From positions 529-64,528 of the forward strand of contig MFBL01000015.1 in assembly GCA_001774945.1 (NCBI GenBank): a stretch of DNA of 64,000 nucleotides, written 5' to 3'. Positions 63,473-64,000 of this stretch are shown one piece after another. Both the position numbers and the translations under genes were made by a program. Each line of letters begins with the position of its first letter. The stretch's first letter is position 1. The notes under the pieces were generated by a model. That model did not search any database, had not been told where the DNA came from, and worked only from the letters and a program-made list of their open reading frames with translations. The DNA is from Candidatus Curtissbacteria bacterium RIFCSPHIGHO2_12_FULL_41_17. GTDB lineage: Bacteria > Patescibacteriota > Microgenomatia > Curtissbacterales > GWA2-41-24.

Positions 63473-63844
63473 GTGGAAAAACGTGACAGTTTTATTAAGC
63501 ATCAACTGGTAAGTTTTTCGTATGCAATCGAAGGCATTGTTTATAGCTACAAAAAAGGAACACACTTTAAAATCCACATAATTGCAGCAGTCATTGTTGT
63601 TATTTTAGGTTTTGTTTACTCAATCAGCTCGTTAGAATGGTTAATAGTCGTATTGATTTCCTCGTCCGTTATTGCTGCAGAGGCTATCAATACTGCTATT
63701 GAAGAAACTTGTGATGTTCTTCACCCAGAACATCATCCAGGAGCAAAACTTGCCAAACACTGTGCAGCCGGTGGGGTTCTGATACTATCAATAGCCGCGT
63801 TATTGATAGGAATTATTATTTTTACCCCAAAAATTTTAGGTTAA
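63473..63844 (+). CDS. dgkA: Diacylglycerol/undecaprenol kinase
   Basis: SFSYAIEG, EAINTAIE, AK..AAGGVL. Confidence 0.9.
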   Translation: MEKRDSFIKHQLVSFSYAIEGIVYSYKKGTHFKIHIIAAVIVVILGFVYSISSLEWLIVVLISSSVIAAEAINTAIEETCDVLHPEHHPGAKLAKHCAAGGVLILSIAALLIGIIIFTPKILG

Positions 63845-64000
63845 TTTTCTTCTTGTGTTAAAATTCCATACTGATGCAGGACAGTTTCTTTATTAAGACC
63901 TTCGGTTGCCAGCAAAATTTAGCAGATAGCCAGCGTATCGCGAGCTATTATTTAGCTCGCGGTTTTAAGATAGCAAAGAGCATAAAGTCTGCCTCAGAAA

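Noticed and set aside
63845..64000. RNA gene at window end (CGCGAGCTA/TAGCTCGCG hairpin)
   Set aside because: Single hairpin with truncated context; cannot be assigned.

Overview
Low-GC bacterial chromosome segment dominated by core informational genes: nusA-infB, rpsO-pnp, ftsK, alaS, mltG, rpoBC, str/S10/spc/alpha ribosomal clusters, rplM-rpsI, tRNA-Pro, recA-recX-rny and HU. The missing L30, short IF2 and AlaRS and protease-less Lon point to a Patescibacteria/CPR organism, probably Microgenomates-like (inference). The intergenic DNA is the unusual part. (1) rpsO, rpsG (three extra copies), fusA, rpsI and probably rpsD are each followed by non-translated, synonymously recoded copies of their own last codons and stop, separated by 20-60 bp spacers that are hairpins in all but rpsD. 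(2) The spacers belong to two families: a covarying CTTGC-G[stem]...C-TA element (6 copies) and a CCCTGAG-N-GAAGGG REP-like element. (3) The same CTTGC...CTA element closes a toxin-antitoxin cassette in an accessory array at 22.4-26.1 kb whose units are bounded by a repeated 15-bp site. Together these suggest a micro-integrative or gene-end-replacement system with no recombinase visible in the window (hypothesis). Other repeats include a 144-146 bp TTTAT-bounded structured element (3 copies), an ~90 bp leader shared by tuf and an unrelated gene, heptamer tandem repeats ending in an RBS-like motif, in-frame palindromic insertions, and an exact 192-bp tandem duplication in an EamA gene. All calls were made by eye; no searches were run.
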